Shown here in pieces: positions 19,945 to 28,907 of a stretch of 64,000 nt of DNA. Every line of letters starts with the position of its first letter. Positions within the stretch are counted from its first letter, which is position 1. Origin of the DNA: a virus (Duplodnaviria > Caudoviricetes); IMG/VR virus record IMGVR_UViG_3300032245_001567, positions 2,140-66,139 of that record, one strand, 5' to 3'. A program made the position numbers and the translations under genes. The notes beneath the pieces were generated by a model. That model worked only from the letters and a program-made list of their open reading frames with translations, did not search any database and was not told the DNA's origin.

Positions 19945-20114
19945 TTTGGTTCTTTTTTAATCTTTTCAATCAAATCCTTCATTTCATTATCCAACGTAGG
20001 ATTAGTATCACTCACTCCTCCTTTTTTACGGATATTCTTATATAAAGCATTGATAAGGATTGAGCCAACAATGCCAATTGAAACCCATAATACTATTTTC
20101 TTATTTCCTTCCAT
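19941..20114 (-). CDS. 57-aa N-terminal TM protein (not in ORF track)
   Basis: MEGNKKIVLWVSIGIVGSILINALYKNIRKKGG...; ATGA-coupled to the next gene. Confidence 0.75.
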   Translation of the reverse strand: MEGNKKIVLWVSIGIVGSILINALYKNIRKKGGVSDTNPTLDNEMKDLIEKIKKEPK

Positions 20115-20115
20115 G

Positions 20116-20571
20116 TTACCCTAACTTAGATTTATAATATACATACCCACGAAGACCAATGTAACCAATCCCCATGAATAACATTGAATAAAGAGCAACT
20201 TTGATAAATTTTCCGCCCCCTAAAGTATTTCCAATTTCACTTATAGAATTGGCTACGCCATTCACTAAATCAAAACCAGAGCCACTAATATCTAATAACT
20301 GAGGGATAAGAGGTATAGCCACACTTGCGTATGGGTCTAATCCTTCTTTTTTAACATACGCACGAAAATTTGTATTAAAAGTTCGGCAATCCCAATGAGA
20401 TGCGAACTCAGTTCCTTGAGCGTATGCATAATTCCAAATCAATTTAGCGCGTTCTTCGCCAAAATGATTCTTCAATTGTTTATGCCAAGTTACCCAATCA
20501 TCACAATTCCAAGCGGTATCTTTCCCCCACTTGTCGTAATCGGGCACTATGTTCCATGTTGTTACTGCCAT
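20116..20571 (-). CDS. Trp-rich protein with C-terminal TM
   Basis: WNCDDWVTWH; TM at end. Confidence 0.7.
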   Translation of the reverse strand: MAVTTWNIVPDYDKWGKDTAWNCDDWVTWHKQLKNHFGEERAKLIWNYAYAQGTEFASHWDCRTFNTNFRAYVKKEGLDPYASVAIPLIPQLLDISGSGFDLVNGVANSISEIGNTLGGGKFIKVALYSMLFMGIGYIGLRGYVYYKSKLG

Positions 20572-20575
20572 TTCT

Positions 20576-21358
20576 TTACTGAATTATCATGTTCATACTT
20601 TCAAAGTCGTTGATGAATTTGTTAATTACATCGTAACGCTCTTTGTTTTGTTGACTTGGTACACCTTTAAAGGTTTCCAAGAATGCTTGATAGGCTTCGA
20701 TACGAGGATATCCTAAACCCAAATAGATTAACAATCCATTCAAGTCTGCTTCGATTTCGTTGTCCATTTGTTCATTCAAATAGAAATGCGAAAACTCGTG
20801 CAAAAGGATAGCCAATCGCATGGGTACAGTCATTTCTTTGAATGCTTTTTTGCTCACTTGAATCACACCCGTTCTACGAGAAATTCTTGCGGGGGTGTTC
20901 ATCTCCTGCTTGTTCTTATTTAAAATAGTAGGCAATAGTTGAATATAGTATTCTCTATCGCTACTTGTATAAATTTGATTAGGCTCAAGTTCGTCCAAGT
21001 TGAATGAAAATCTTTGAGCAAAATCCACAAAACTACGCACCTTCGCGTCACGGATATCATTGATATCAATTCTACGCTCTAATGGCAATTTCTCAACGGA
21101 TAAAAACTCGAAGTTTTCCTTTTCGCCTTTTTTTACAATTCCTTTATCGGGAGTTACTTCTACAATAGCAACATCAGGGGTCAATGGCATCCTTACAAAT
21201 AAAGATTCCTCCCCTTTGATGGTCTTATAGCGATTGGTAAAAACTCGATTAGGGTTTGATGCATCGTAAACCTTCAAACGCAACTTTTGAGGCGTATCGG
21301 TTTTCACCTTCACCTTCAAGTTAAGTTCCTTAAAATTGGTAGTTACTTTGTACTTCAT
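20576..21358 (-). CDS. zincin metalloprotease (candidate maturation protease)
   Basis: ILLHEFSH (HExxH) and EIEAD third-ligand motif; located inside the structural operon. Confidence 0.75.
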   Translation of the reverse strand: MKYKVTTNFKELNLKVKVKTDTPQKLRLKVYDASNPNRVFTNRYKTIKGEESLFVRMPLTPDVAIVEVTPDKGIVKKGEKENFEFLSVEKLPLERRIDINDIRDAKVRSFVDFAQRFSFNLDELEPNQIYTSSDREYYIQLLPTILNKNKQEMNTPARISRRTGVIQVSKKAFKEMTVPMRLAILLHEFSHFYLNEQMDNEIEADLNGLLIYLGLGYPRIEAYQAFLETFKGVPSQQNKERYDVINKFINDFESMNMIIQ

Positions 21359-21573
21359 TATCCAATTGCGTTTTTAGTTTCGTCGGGTGTTTCATTAACT
21401 TTTACATCACCATTCTTTAGTTTGTCTAAAGCACGTTGGATGCTATCGGGTTCGATGTTTTCAGGCTCTAACCCTTTGTTTAATGACGTAGCAGTACTCG
21501 CAAAATAAATTGCTCTTGCTACTACGAAAATGCAACCTCCTATGGCGATTTTAATTAAAAGTTTTTTGTTCAT
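21358..21573 (-). CDS. N-terminal TM protein
   Basis: IAIGGCIFVVARAIYF. Confidence 0.65.
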   Translation of the reverse strand: MNKKLLIKIAIGGCIFVVARAIYFASTATSLNKGLEPENIEPDSIQRALDKLKNGDVKVNETPDETKNAIG

Positions 21574-21839
21574 GCATTTTTTGCTTTAATAAGCCTATAA
21601 CTGAGGTAGACTAAACTTAAAATGCCAATGCCAAACAAAACATTTCGCACCATTACATTTTTACCGCTACCACTTGGTTCTTTGCCCTCATCACCGAGCA
21701 TATTTAACATCTCTTTGTTGGCTTCAACATTCGGGATGTAAATACCCTTGGCTTTTTCTCTTTCAATCCATTCCTTGAAAGGGAGTGTAGTACCGCTTTC
21801 ACGATACAATTGATTCGCTGTTTTTGGTGTGTTGTTCAT
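21570..21839 (-). CDS. C-terminal TM protein
   Basis: MLNMLG motif; TM at end. Confidence 0.65.
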   Translation of the reverse strand: MNNTPKTANQLYRESGTTLPFKEWIEREKAKGIYIPNVEANKEMLNMLGDEGKEPSGSGKNVMVRNVLFGIGILSLVYLSYRLIKAKNA

Positions 21840-21840
21840 A

Positions 21841-22404
21841 TTAATGGAATAAATTATCCAAAGTTAAAGATTTCCCTTTACCACTAAAAGGAATAGTCGA
21901 AGATGGGTTGATGCCGCTACTATCATAACTTGACTTTCCGATTGGACTTGTGGTTTTAGGAATTAAAACAGTACCTCCCGTTGGCAACGTAGAAGTTGGC
22001 GCAGTTGGTAATGTAGAAGTTGGTGCAGTTGAAATTTCAGTTCCCGTATTTACTGAACCCACGGGCAATTGACCAACTTGTAAACCACCACCACTTTGAG
22101 TACCGCTTGAAGTACTCATTGGGATTGGACTTTGAGATTTAATTAAATTTTCCGCTTTCTGAATCGCAGAAACGGAAATTGGAGTTTTAGCCGAAGCCTG
22201 CATAGAAGCAAGGACGGGGGATGTACCTCCGCTACTTACTGAAGCCGAAGATGTTCCAAATGACGGCATTAAACCACCAAAGAAGCCACCGCCTCCGCTT
22301 GAATCTTCGGAAGCACTTGCACCTGCTTTAGGGCAAAAGAAAACATAGTAAACTATGCCAATTACTCCAATAGCACTTGCGATATGATGTTTTTTTAATT
22401 TCAT
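21841..22404 (-). CDS. N-terminal TM, S/T/G/P-rich protein
   Basis: Low-complexity stalk with TAPTSTLP x2. Confidence 0.7.
   Translation of the reverse strand: MKLKKHHIASAIGVIGIVYYVFFCPKAGASASEDSSGGGGFFGGLMPSFGTSSASVSSGGTSPVLASMQASAKTPISVSAIQKAENLIKSQSPIPMSTSSGTQSGGGLQVGQLPVGSVNTGTEISTAPTSTLPTAPTSTLPTGGTVLIPKTTSPIGKSSYDSSGINPSSTIPFSGKGKSLTLDNLFH
21980..22030 (-). repeat. 24-bp tandem duplication (TAPTSTLP x2)
   Basis: gttggYaaYgtagaagttggYgca repeated twice. Confidence 0.8.
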
Positions 22405-22727
22405 CCTAAAGCCCTCCTATTTCTACGATAAAATGGCATCGCAGATACGTCTACCATTTTTCTATTTCTGAAATTTTCGCCATAAGGATTATTCCTTTGA
22501 GCGATGATGTTTTCTTGCTTACCCGCAAAATTTGGGAATGCATTTTGTTCAACCTCCAACATCATGGCGTTGTCTTTGGTGATTTTATTGCAACCGCAAT
22601 CACCGCCAAAGTTTTTATTTTCATCCGCATCATCGGTATCAGACTTCTTGAAAAAATCCGAAGTGATAAATACCCCTACCCCTACAAGGATAACGGCTAT
22701 AGCGATATATTTTTGATTTTTTGTCAT
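22401..22727 (-). CDS. N-terminal TM protein (start revised)
   Basis: MTKNQKYIAIAVILVGVGVFI; KNFGG and FPNFAG motifs. Confidence 0.65.
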   Translation of the reverse strand: MTKNQKYIAIAVILVGVGVFITSDFFKKSDTDDADENKNFGGDCGCNKITKDNAMMLEVEQNAFPNFAGKQENIIAQRNNPYGENFRNRKMVDVSAMPFYRRNRRALG

Positions 22728-22808
22728 AATATTAGTGTTTTGATTTCCAACATTTGTAACCAAGGTATAAACCTAACGCGCCTAACGCGTAGTGAAGATA
22801 TTTCATTT

Positions 22809-23126
22809 TCATTTGATTCTTAATTTTTTAGCGGGTGATACATTAAAAGGGCGATATTTTTTAATTTTCAACCTTTCTCTATGTTGCCCTACTTCTTGGA
22901 AGGGCACAACATGAATTGATGGATTTCCGTCGATGTATTTGTCACCTTTAATCCCCAAAAAATCCTCATCACCCGTCCATGAAGAAAATCCATGGTCGGT
23001 ATTGGTTTCGATATTTGTCTTAGGCTTATTCATTCTTTTTCTGATTATATCCACAATAATTGGGGAAACAACCGCGACAACTACACCAATGATTATGGCT
23101 TTTGTGGTACGGATATCTAAATTCAT
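22809..23126 (-). CDS. N-terminal TM protein (start revised)
   Basis: AIIIGVVVAVVSPIIV; FSSWTGDEDFLG. Confidence 0.65.
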   Translation of the reverse strand: MNLDIRTTKAIIIGVVVAVVSPIIVDIIRKRMNKPKTNIETNTDHGFSSWTGDEDFLGIKGDKYIDGNPSIHVVPFQEVGQHRERLKIKKYRPFNVSPAKKLRIK

Positions 23127-23127
23127 G

Positions 23128-23529
23128 TTATTTAATAATGCTTGATAGAACAGTATCATTAGAAGCGTTCACTAACTTTTTAGTGTTGTGAGCAACTTTC
23201 TTCATGATTTTTTTGCTTTTTCTCATCAAACCACCACCACTTGCATTAGCGAAATTTGGTTCATCAGTGGCAATGGGAATAGCATTCCCTGCACCATTGA
23301 AGAAATCACCTTCACTACCTACATAGGAGAAAAAATCATCCTTAGCGGTGAAACTTGAGAAAAACTCATCTCTACCCGTGAACATTGAAGTTCTTTCAGG
23401 TTCAGAAGATGGAATTTGTGGGATTTTGCTTGAATTGGATGTTGCGTTTTGTTCAAAAATCTTGGACAAAGCAATAACACCCCCTAAAGCAACTCCGATT
23501 GTTAAAAATATTTTAGTATTCTTTTGCAT
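23128..23529 (-). CDS. N-terminal TM protein with repeated F-x-N/S-x-x-G motifs (start revised)
   Basis: FFSSFTA, FFSYVG, FFNGAG, FANASG; basic tail. Confidence 0.7.
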   Translation of the reverse strand: MQKNTKIFLTIGVALGGVIALSKIFEQNATSNSSKIPQIPSSEPERTSMFTGRDEFFSSFTAKDDFFSYVGSEGDFFNGAGNAIPIATDEPNFANASGGGLMRKSKKIMKKVAHNTKKLVNASNDTVLSSIIK

Positions 23530-23530
23530 A

Positions 23531-23836
23531 CTATGCGAACTTTTTAATGAGTTTGTATGAAACAAAACCAACCGCCAAAATACCGAATACGATAATTGCT
23601 ACGTTAGTTTTAGAAACGATTTTTTGCAAAGAAGTAAATGGAACAAATACCACTTTGATTTCTTGTGCATTCACATCATTGAAAGGATAAAAAATACCCT
23701 CTTCGTTCATGCGAAGATTGTCAACTTTTTCAGTGTCAATAATATCTCCCACTTTAAAAATGGGAGTTCTATCCGTTGAACCTACTTTTGAAGTTTCGGT
23801 ATTGTAAAAGTCTTCTTTAAATTTATATTGTGCCAT
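23531..23836 (-). CDS. C-terminal TM protein (start revised)
   Basis: MAQYKFK...; TM plus KKFA. Confidence 0.65.
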   Translation of the reverse strand: MAQYKFKEDFYNTETSKVGSTDRTPIFKVGDIIDTEKVDNLRMNEEGIFYPFNDVNAQEIKVVFVPFTSLQKIVSKTNVAIIVFGILAVGFVSYKLIKKFA

Positions 23837-24063
23837 TAGTTGTTTTCTTGAAATAAGTAATAATTGATTGTACCACCAACAAGTGTACCGATAAGCCCGT
23901 AAACGTAAAGATTCTTTTTGTAATACCAACCAATCATAAGCCCACCGCATAAACCTGCGAATGAACCTTTGGCAGTCTTACCAATCTTTTTTAAAAACTC
24001 ATCTTTGGGTTCAGAACCCTTGATGTTTCTTACGTTATCTAAAGCATCGGAAAAAACACTCAT
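23836..24063 (-). CDS. two-TM small protein
   Basis: Gly-rich hydrophobic hairpin. Confidence 0.65.
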   Translation of the reverse strand: MSVFSDALDNVRNIKGSEPKDEFLKKIGKTAKGSFAGLCGGLMIGWYYKKNLYVYGLIGTLVGGTINYYLFQENN

Positions 24064-24674
24064 TATCTTGTTGCTTTATAAATTGCAAAACCAATCAAAG
24101 ATACGGCAGCAATTGAAATTACTACAATACCCGTAGTTGTCAAACCGCTTTTAGCACCTTGAGCACCTTGGTCGGTTGGAGCAGGAGTAGTTGAAGTGTC
24201 AACTCTTGCGGTATCAAGAATAGTCGGTTGTAAACTTGAACCCGTCTTTTGATAAGACCAAACACCTAAACCCGTGTTAATGATGTTTTGAGTTGTACTC
24301 GCATCAAATACTTCAGACAACCAAGAACCAAATTTACTTGGAGTTTTGGTTTTTGTAGTGGTATCGGTAGTTTGAACATCGGTTAAAGACAAACTTTTGT
24401 TCGCTGGACCGCCAATATTATGATAACCCGACATATTAGAATGCTCTTTATGGAATTCTTTTGCAACGGGAGTGGCTAACTTAGAAAAATCTTTTCTAAA
24501 CGCTCTACTTCTTGGCAATAAAGCAAGGAATGCTCTATCAATTCTTTTCTTATCATCTGATTCTTTCACATTCATGCCATATTTCTGCATTAATGCTACT
24601 ACTTCAGGCTTTTTTTCGTCGATTGTCTTTGCGCTAACTGCAAAAACACCTTCTTTGGTGATTTTATCTTTCAT
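24063..24674 (-). CDS. C-terminal TM virion protein
   Basis: HSNMSG/YHNIGG, T-rich linker, TM. Confidence 0.7.
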   Translation of the reverse strand: MKDKITKEGVFAVSAKTIDEKKPEVVALMQKYGMNVKESDDKKRIDRAFLALLPRSRAFRKDFSKLATPVAKEFHKEHSNMSGYHNIGGPANKSLSLTDVQTTDTTTKTKTPSKFGSWLSEVFDASTTQNIINTGLGVWSYQKTGSSLQPTILDTARVDTSTTPAPTDQGAQGAKSGLTTTGIVVISIAAVSLIGFAIYKATR

Positions 24675-24675
24675 T

Positions 24676-25038
24676 TTAGTGTTTAAGTATAAGTGCGGTC
24701 AAAATGATAAAAGTTGATGCAATCAGAAACGTATTGGTTAATTGAGTTTCTTTTTGTGCTGCGGTCAATTGACTACCAACGGCATTAAGATAGTGTTCTC
24801 TTTCTTTATCAACTTTTTCAATACTTGTGGTATTGGCGGTATGCCCACAACATTCAAGAATAATTTCTTTGTCGGGGTGAATATCCACGATTGCCCTTAA
24901 AGCGGGTTCTCCCTCTTCTTTAACAAGCAATTTCAAGGCTTGTGGTAAGTCGTTTGTACGAATCTCGTAACCGAAATTCTTTATAACTCTTTTAGAGCCT
25001 TGTGGATTTGCTGAGGCAACTCTTTGATATAAATTCAT
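24676..25038 (-). CDS. C-terminal TM virion protein
   Basis: HPDK motif, YLNAVG, TM. Confidence 0.7.
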   Translation of the reverse strand: MNLYQRVASANPQGSKRVIKNFGYEIRTNDLPQALKLLVKEEGEPALRAIVDIHPDKEIILECCGHTANTTSIEKVDKEREHYLNAVGSQLTAAQKETQLTNTFLIASTFIILTALILKH

Positions 25039-25054
25039 AATGTTTAATGCTTAC

Positions 25055-25095
25055 AAAAAGAAAAGGGTGGGGTAAATCTCCCCACCCCTTTTTCT
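25055..25095 (-). terminator. intrinsic terminator after the candidate MCP
   Basis: GGGTGGGG/CCCCACCC stem flanked by A/T runs. Confidence 0.85.
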
Positions 25096-25114
25096 CTATT
25101 AATCACAAAAGTGA

Positions 25115-25813
25115 TTAACCAATTACTTTTACAGATTGAGCCTTCACGATTCCAGGGCTTCCGAATTCGCGAGAAACTGGGCGACCTGCTAAGCCACGAG
25201 CCAAATTGATATTGTCCGCAGGGTAGAAATACAACTTCACTGTAGAAGAAGCCAATACGTTTGCGATAATCAACTTGGTGTAACCATCAATTCTATAACC
25301 ATACTTCATAGCGATGATGGTTGATTGATACTGATATGGGTCGATTGTAGGAACAAACACCTTTTGAGCGATGTTACCATTCGCGTCTTTAGTGTTAACG
25401 CTGATTGTTTCCAATACTTGGTTAGCAGTAGCAGACTGAATGTAAGTCAAACCTACACTATAAGGGCTGTTCATGAACTGATACAACATCTCTTGGTAGT
25501 TTACGTTTGGAATCGCAGAAGCGATAGTAATGCTACCGATGGTCAAAGAACCATTAGAGAAACCAGCGTTGTTGATGTATTGGTAAGAACCTAATACGTC
25601 AAAGTTTGATACGTTGCTACCAGTGTTAGTGATAGTAATGATATAAGGCTGAGATGTTGGAGCAGATGGAGCACCCATTCCTGCACCGCCTTCAGCGTTG
25701 AAAAAATCTTCACCTGCGGTGAAAGACAAATCGTCATCGAAAAAGCCATCGGCATTTGCGAAAGACTCGTGAGCACGATTTTGAGCATCGCTCAAATAAT
25801 TCTTGATATTCAT
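25115..25813 (-). CDS. candidate major capsid protein (single jelly-roll-sized)
   Basis: Beta-rich, no TM, C-ending codon bias, own promoter and terminator, next to the packaging ATPase; acidic N-terminal propeptide-like leader. Confidence 0.65.
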   Translation of the reverse strand: MNIKNYLSDAQNRAHESFANADGFFDDDLSFTAGEDFFNAEGGAGMGAPSAPTSQPYIITITNTGSNVSNFDVLGSYQYINNAGFSNGSLTIGSITIASAIPNVNYQEMLYQFMNSPYSVGLTYIQSATANQVLETISVNTKDANGNIAQKVFVPTIDPYQYQSTIIAMKYGYRIDGYTKLIIANVLASSTVKLYFYPADNINLARGLAGRPVSREFGSPGIVKAQSVKVIG

Positions 25814-25844
25814 TGTTTTATTTTTGTTTTAGATTGTTTTTTTG

Positions 25845-25976
25845 TTAAACTTGAGTTGATGCGGGGGACGCTACTCTACTTTTGTCGATTGTTTTTTGGA
25901 CTTGGTTGGCAACTAATACACCTGCGGCAACGATTGCAACTTGACCAAGAATGACTTTGATTTGATTCCAATTCAT
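25845..25976 (-). CDS. 43-aa TM protein co-transcribed with the MCP (not in ORF track)
   Basis: MNWNQIKVILGQVAIVAAGVLVANQVQKTIDKSRVASPASTQV. Confidence 0.75.
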   Translation of the reverse strand: MNWNQIKVILGQVAIVAAGVLVANQVQKTIDKSRVASPASTQV

Positions 25977-26019
25977 AACTTAATGTTCGTCTATGAAATT
26001 CAGATTTCAGAAGACAACT

Positions 26020-26027
26020 CAAATTTA
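26020..26027 (-). promoter_or_regulatory. promoter -7 element of the capsid operon
   Basis: TAAATTTG on the - strand. Confidence 0.65.
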
Positions 26028-26094
26028 TTTTCAAGGATATGATTAAAAAACCCTTATCACTCGAAAAAACACAACTACAAAAGTTGCATATAAC

Positions 26095-26121
26095 AAAAAA
26101 GCCCTTGATTATAAGGGCTTT
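26095..26121 (-). terminator. terminator/palindrome after the ATPase
   Basis: AAAGCCCTT-GATTAT-AAGGGCTTT with T6 on the - strand. Confidence 0.7.
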
Positions 26122-26158
26122 CCATTGTTTGCGTATTGTTGTTGCAAAATAAACTTTT

Positions 26159-26968
26159 TTATGTATAAGTTTCGAGCAACTTCTTTTTTACCATTTTTAT
26201 CGCATTTTCTTGCGTGTACATGGGTCTATTCTTTGAATCTTTCATGGTCATATAAGGACGAATTAATTTCCGTTGATTCATAATGATGAATTCTTGAATA
26301 GCATGGTCCATTTTCTTTGGTTCTACTTGCCCCAAAAATTTCATTTCATCCAAATCAATGTATTGATAATATCGCTTATTGCCCGATTGGTATTCGTTGT
26401 TAACGATAATTTCAACCAACTTGAGGAATTCGTATTTGTCCTCAAACTTGTTTTGGTGTCTATCAACGGAGTCTAAGTTTTTATGGAAACGCATCCAATT
26501 AAGGTTTTGCCACAACTTTGTGGTGATACGTCCAATAGATTGGAAGTGCATTACAATATCCAAATCAACGTGTCGATTGGTACAAATCGCTCCTTCGATA
26601 TCTTTGGGCAAAGCATCAGAAACGTAGCGGTTAATATCCTCAATCAACAAAAGCCCCCCTCTATACTGCTCAAGTATTACAAATAAGGTTTCTGCAATCT
26701 TATCAAGAGTCATCCTTTTGCCATCGGGCATAAAAGGTCTTATTCTACGAATTTCAATTAGTGGGTGCACGGAAAAACGCACAATATCTTTAAGGGCGAT
26801 TGGTTTAAATTGGGTGTACTCGTCGTTTACATCCAAAATCAAAACTTTACGTCCTGCTGTACCCTTACTTGGATTTCCCATAGCATAGTGTTGCAACATA
26901 ATATTGGTGGTATAAGATTTACCTACACCTTTTTTACCTACTGCTACTCCTAATTGTGGTTCTCTCAT
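26159..26968 (-). CDS. genome-packaging ATPase, FtsK-HerA (A32/P9-like)
   Basis: Walker A GKKGVGKS, Walker B LLLIED, NRHVDLDIVMHFQS arginine-finger/Q motif. Confidence 0.8.
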   Translation of the reverse strand: MREPQLGVAVGKKGVGKSYTTNIMLQHYAMGNPSKGTAGRKVLILDVNDEYTQFKPIALKDIVRFSVHPLIEIRRIRPFMPDGKRMTLDKIAETLFVILEQYRGGLLLIEDINRYVSDALPKDIEGAICTNRHVDLDIVMHFQSIGRITTKLWQNLNWMRFHKNLDSVDRHQNKFEDKYEFLKLVEIIVNNEYQSGNKRYYQYIDLDEMKFLGQVEPKKMDHAIQEFIIMNQRKLIRPYMTMKDSKNRPMYTQENAIKMVKKKLLETYT

Positions 26969-28017
26969 TTTTTACGTCTTTTTGCATTACCGCCCGAAGC
27001 GATGTTCTCCATGTGGCTCAACAATTCTGCATCGCCAAATTCGGGCATTGGGGTTGATTTAACTACTCTTGATTTTCTTGTTTTCCTTACTTTTGGGGTT
27101 TCGGGTTGTAAGTCATCCAAAACCTCATATTGTGTAAATTCGTTTCCTTTGCTTGTTTTCTTCTCTTCGGGTTCTGAATACTCCCTTGTAGATTGTGGTG
27201 GTGCTTCGTAAACGGGTTCTTCTCTAACGGGTTCTTGTTGTCTTGCCTCTTGTCTTACTTCATTAGTAGTATGAGAAGTTTGCGGTTGTGCATACGCTCC
27301 CGCTTGTTTCATTTCTTTCAATTGTTCCAATATGGCATTGTTCTGAGAACGGATACCATAAATCTGAATTGAAGTGGTCAAAATATCGCTCACCGCATAG
27401 TATGCTAACAACTGCTCGTCGGTCATACCAATGTTACGCTTCATTAAGACGCGTAGCAATACGGGGGTTACTTTTTCCCTGAACTCCTCGCTCATCCCGA
27501 TTGTCTCGGATACCTCTTGGTTGTAAACTTCAACAAAATCCATTAAAGGAATCATCTTGCCGTTACCCATAGGAATCATCGTGTTCGGGTCAATCTCACC
27601 ATCATTGATTAATTTCTTCACCTTGCTTGGTGAAATCATCAATAACTTGTTTGAGAATTGCTTCAATTGTCCGTAACCATCCAAGATAGCATCAACCATA
27701 GCCATACTTGCTTGTTTCTGCTCTTTCTTATCAAGATTCTCGGTGTAAGGGTTAGCACTACTTGGTGCATCTTCCCTTCCCCATACTTGACGTGGGTCGG
27801 CTGAACCGCTTGGGTCTTCTTCGCCTAATTGGCTACGGAAATTATTATCAAGTTCTTCAAAACTTGGTACGGCAAAAGTTGGCTCTTCGATTGGTGAAAA
27901 ATCATTTAGAGTTACATTCGGTTTGGTGTAATCCCTTTGGACTACATTATCGTCTAATGGGCTAAATGGAATGGTATTGAATGTGCCGTCTTCAATTGGT
28001 GATTGTTGTTCGCTCAT
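26965..28017 (-). CDS. acidic hypothetical protein coupled to the ATPase
   Basis: ATGA overlap; weakly hydrophobic helix LLAYYAVSDIL. Confidence 0.7.
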   Translation of the reverse strand: MSEQQSPIEDGTFNTIPFSPLDDNVVQRDYTKPNVTLNDFSPIEEPTFAVPSFEELDNNFRSQLGEEDPSGSADPRQVWGREDAPSSANPYTENLDKKEQKQASMAMVDAILDGYGQLKQFSNKLLMISPSKVKKLINDGEIDPNTMIPMGNGKMIPLMDFVEVYNQEVSETIGMSEEFREKVTPVLLRVLMKRNIGMTDEQLLAYYAVSDILTTSIQIYGIRSQNNAILEQLKEMKQAGAYAQPQTSHTTNEVRQEARQQEPVREEPVYEAPPQSTREYSEPEEKKTSKGNEFTQYEVLDDLQPETPKVRKTRKSRVVKSTPMPEFGDAELLSHMENIASGGNAKRRKK

Positions 28018-28471
28018 AAGAAGTTGTATTAATGATGTATTGGTTTAATTTGGTTTTGCATTCTTCAAGTTTCGTTTTAATTAAAGCATCGAATTTGTTT
28101 TCTTCATCTCCGATTATGGTCTTAATTAATTTACTTGCCCTTGATAACCCACTTTTATCTTTATTCAGGTGCTCCCCTAATTCTTCGAGGGTGTATCCAA
28201 GTTCTTTATTGCAAAGGTAAACCCAAATTGCAAATGCATATTTCCTTGGATATTTCTTTTGAGTTCCATTTAGTAATTCACTCATGGTCATATTGAACGT
28301 GGTTATTACCGCTTTGGCACAAATATTTAATTTCTCGGAATCCTTTTTTTGTAAAGTTCTGCCCGAATTGAGCAAGGTTATCGTATTGGCATATCCTATG
28401 TCATCTACAGTTAAAGCAACTGCATTCAACAAACGATAGATTAGCCTTTGCGTTTGAGTTTTTTTAGTCAT
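27992..28471 (-). CDS. HTH protein, DnaA C-terminal-like
   Basis: RKYAFAIWVYLC...YTLEELGEHLNKDKSGLS. Confidence 0.6.
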   Translation of the reverse strand: MTKKTQTQRLIYRLLNAVALTVDDIGYANTITLLNSGRTLQKKDSEKLNICAKAVITTFNMTMSELLNGTQKKYPRKYAFAIWVYLCNKELGYTLEELGEHLNKDKSGLSRASKLIKTIIGDEENKFDALIKTKLEECKTKLNQYIINTTSYERTTITN

Positions 28472-28907
28472 TGGTGTAATCCGCTATTAAGATTGAGCCT
28501 TCATATCCCCATACTTTTCTAATGTGGTCGTACATATAGATATATGAATCATCGGTGCAAAGAGCATCTTTGAATGCTTTCACTAAGTTGTCCAAGTCGG
28601 GCTTTTGTTGATGTGGCGTGGAAGCCATCATTTCGCGCTTCTTGTTAGACCATGATGAAGGCATCGGCATTACAAATATAAGGGAAAGTGGGTTTGAAAC
28701 AATATATTTATCTCGTAAACTAAACAACTTCAACGCATCCTTGAAAGCGTAGTATTGTTGGACGGGTTTTCTCGGTGGGGAAAGCCACTTATCCCGTTGG
28801 GTCATACGAGGTTTTGGGACGGGAGTAATCTCCCATGTAAGTATTCTCTTATTTAGAGGTTGTATTTCTTGTTCCATTCTTTGCTCTGAATTATTTTCTT
28901 CGCACAA
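28464..28907 (-). CDS. rusA: RusA-like Holliday junction resolvase
   Basis: PVPKPRM, KPDLDNLVKAFKDAL..DDS. Confidence 0.88.
   Translation of the reverse strand: MCEENNSEQRMEQEIQPLNKRILTWEITPVPKPRMTQRDKWLSPPRKPVQQYYAFKDALKLFSLRDKYIVSNPLSLIFVMPMPSSWSNKKREMMASTPHQQKPDLDNLVKAFKDALCTDDSYIYMYDHIRKVWGYEGSILIADYTND

Noticed and set aside
26159-26968. Terminase large subunit or conjugative VirB4/TraG
   Set aside because: Too short, no nuclease domain, no T4SS genes; motifs fit an A32/P9-type ATPase
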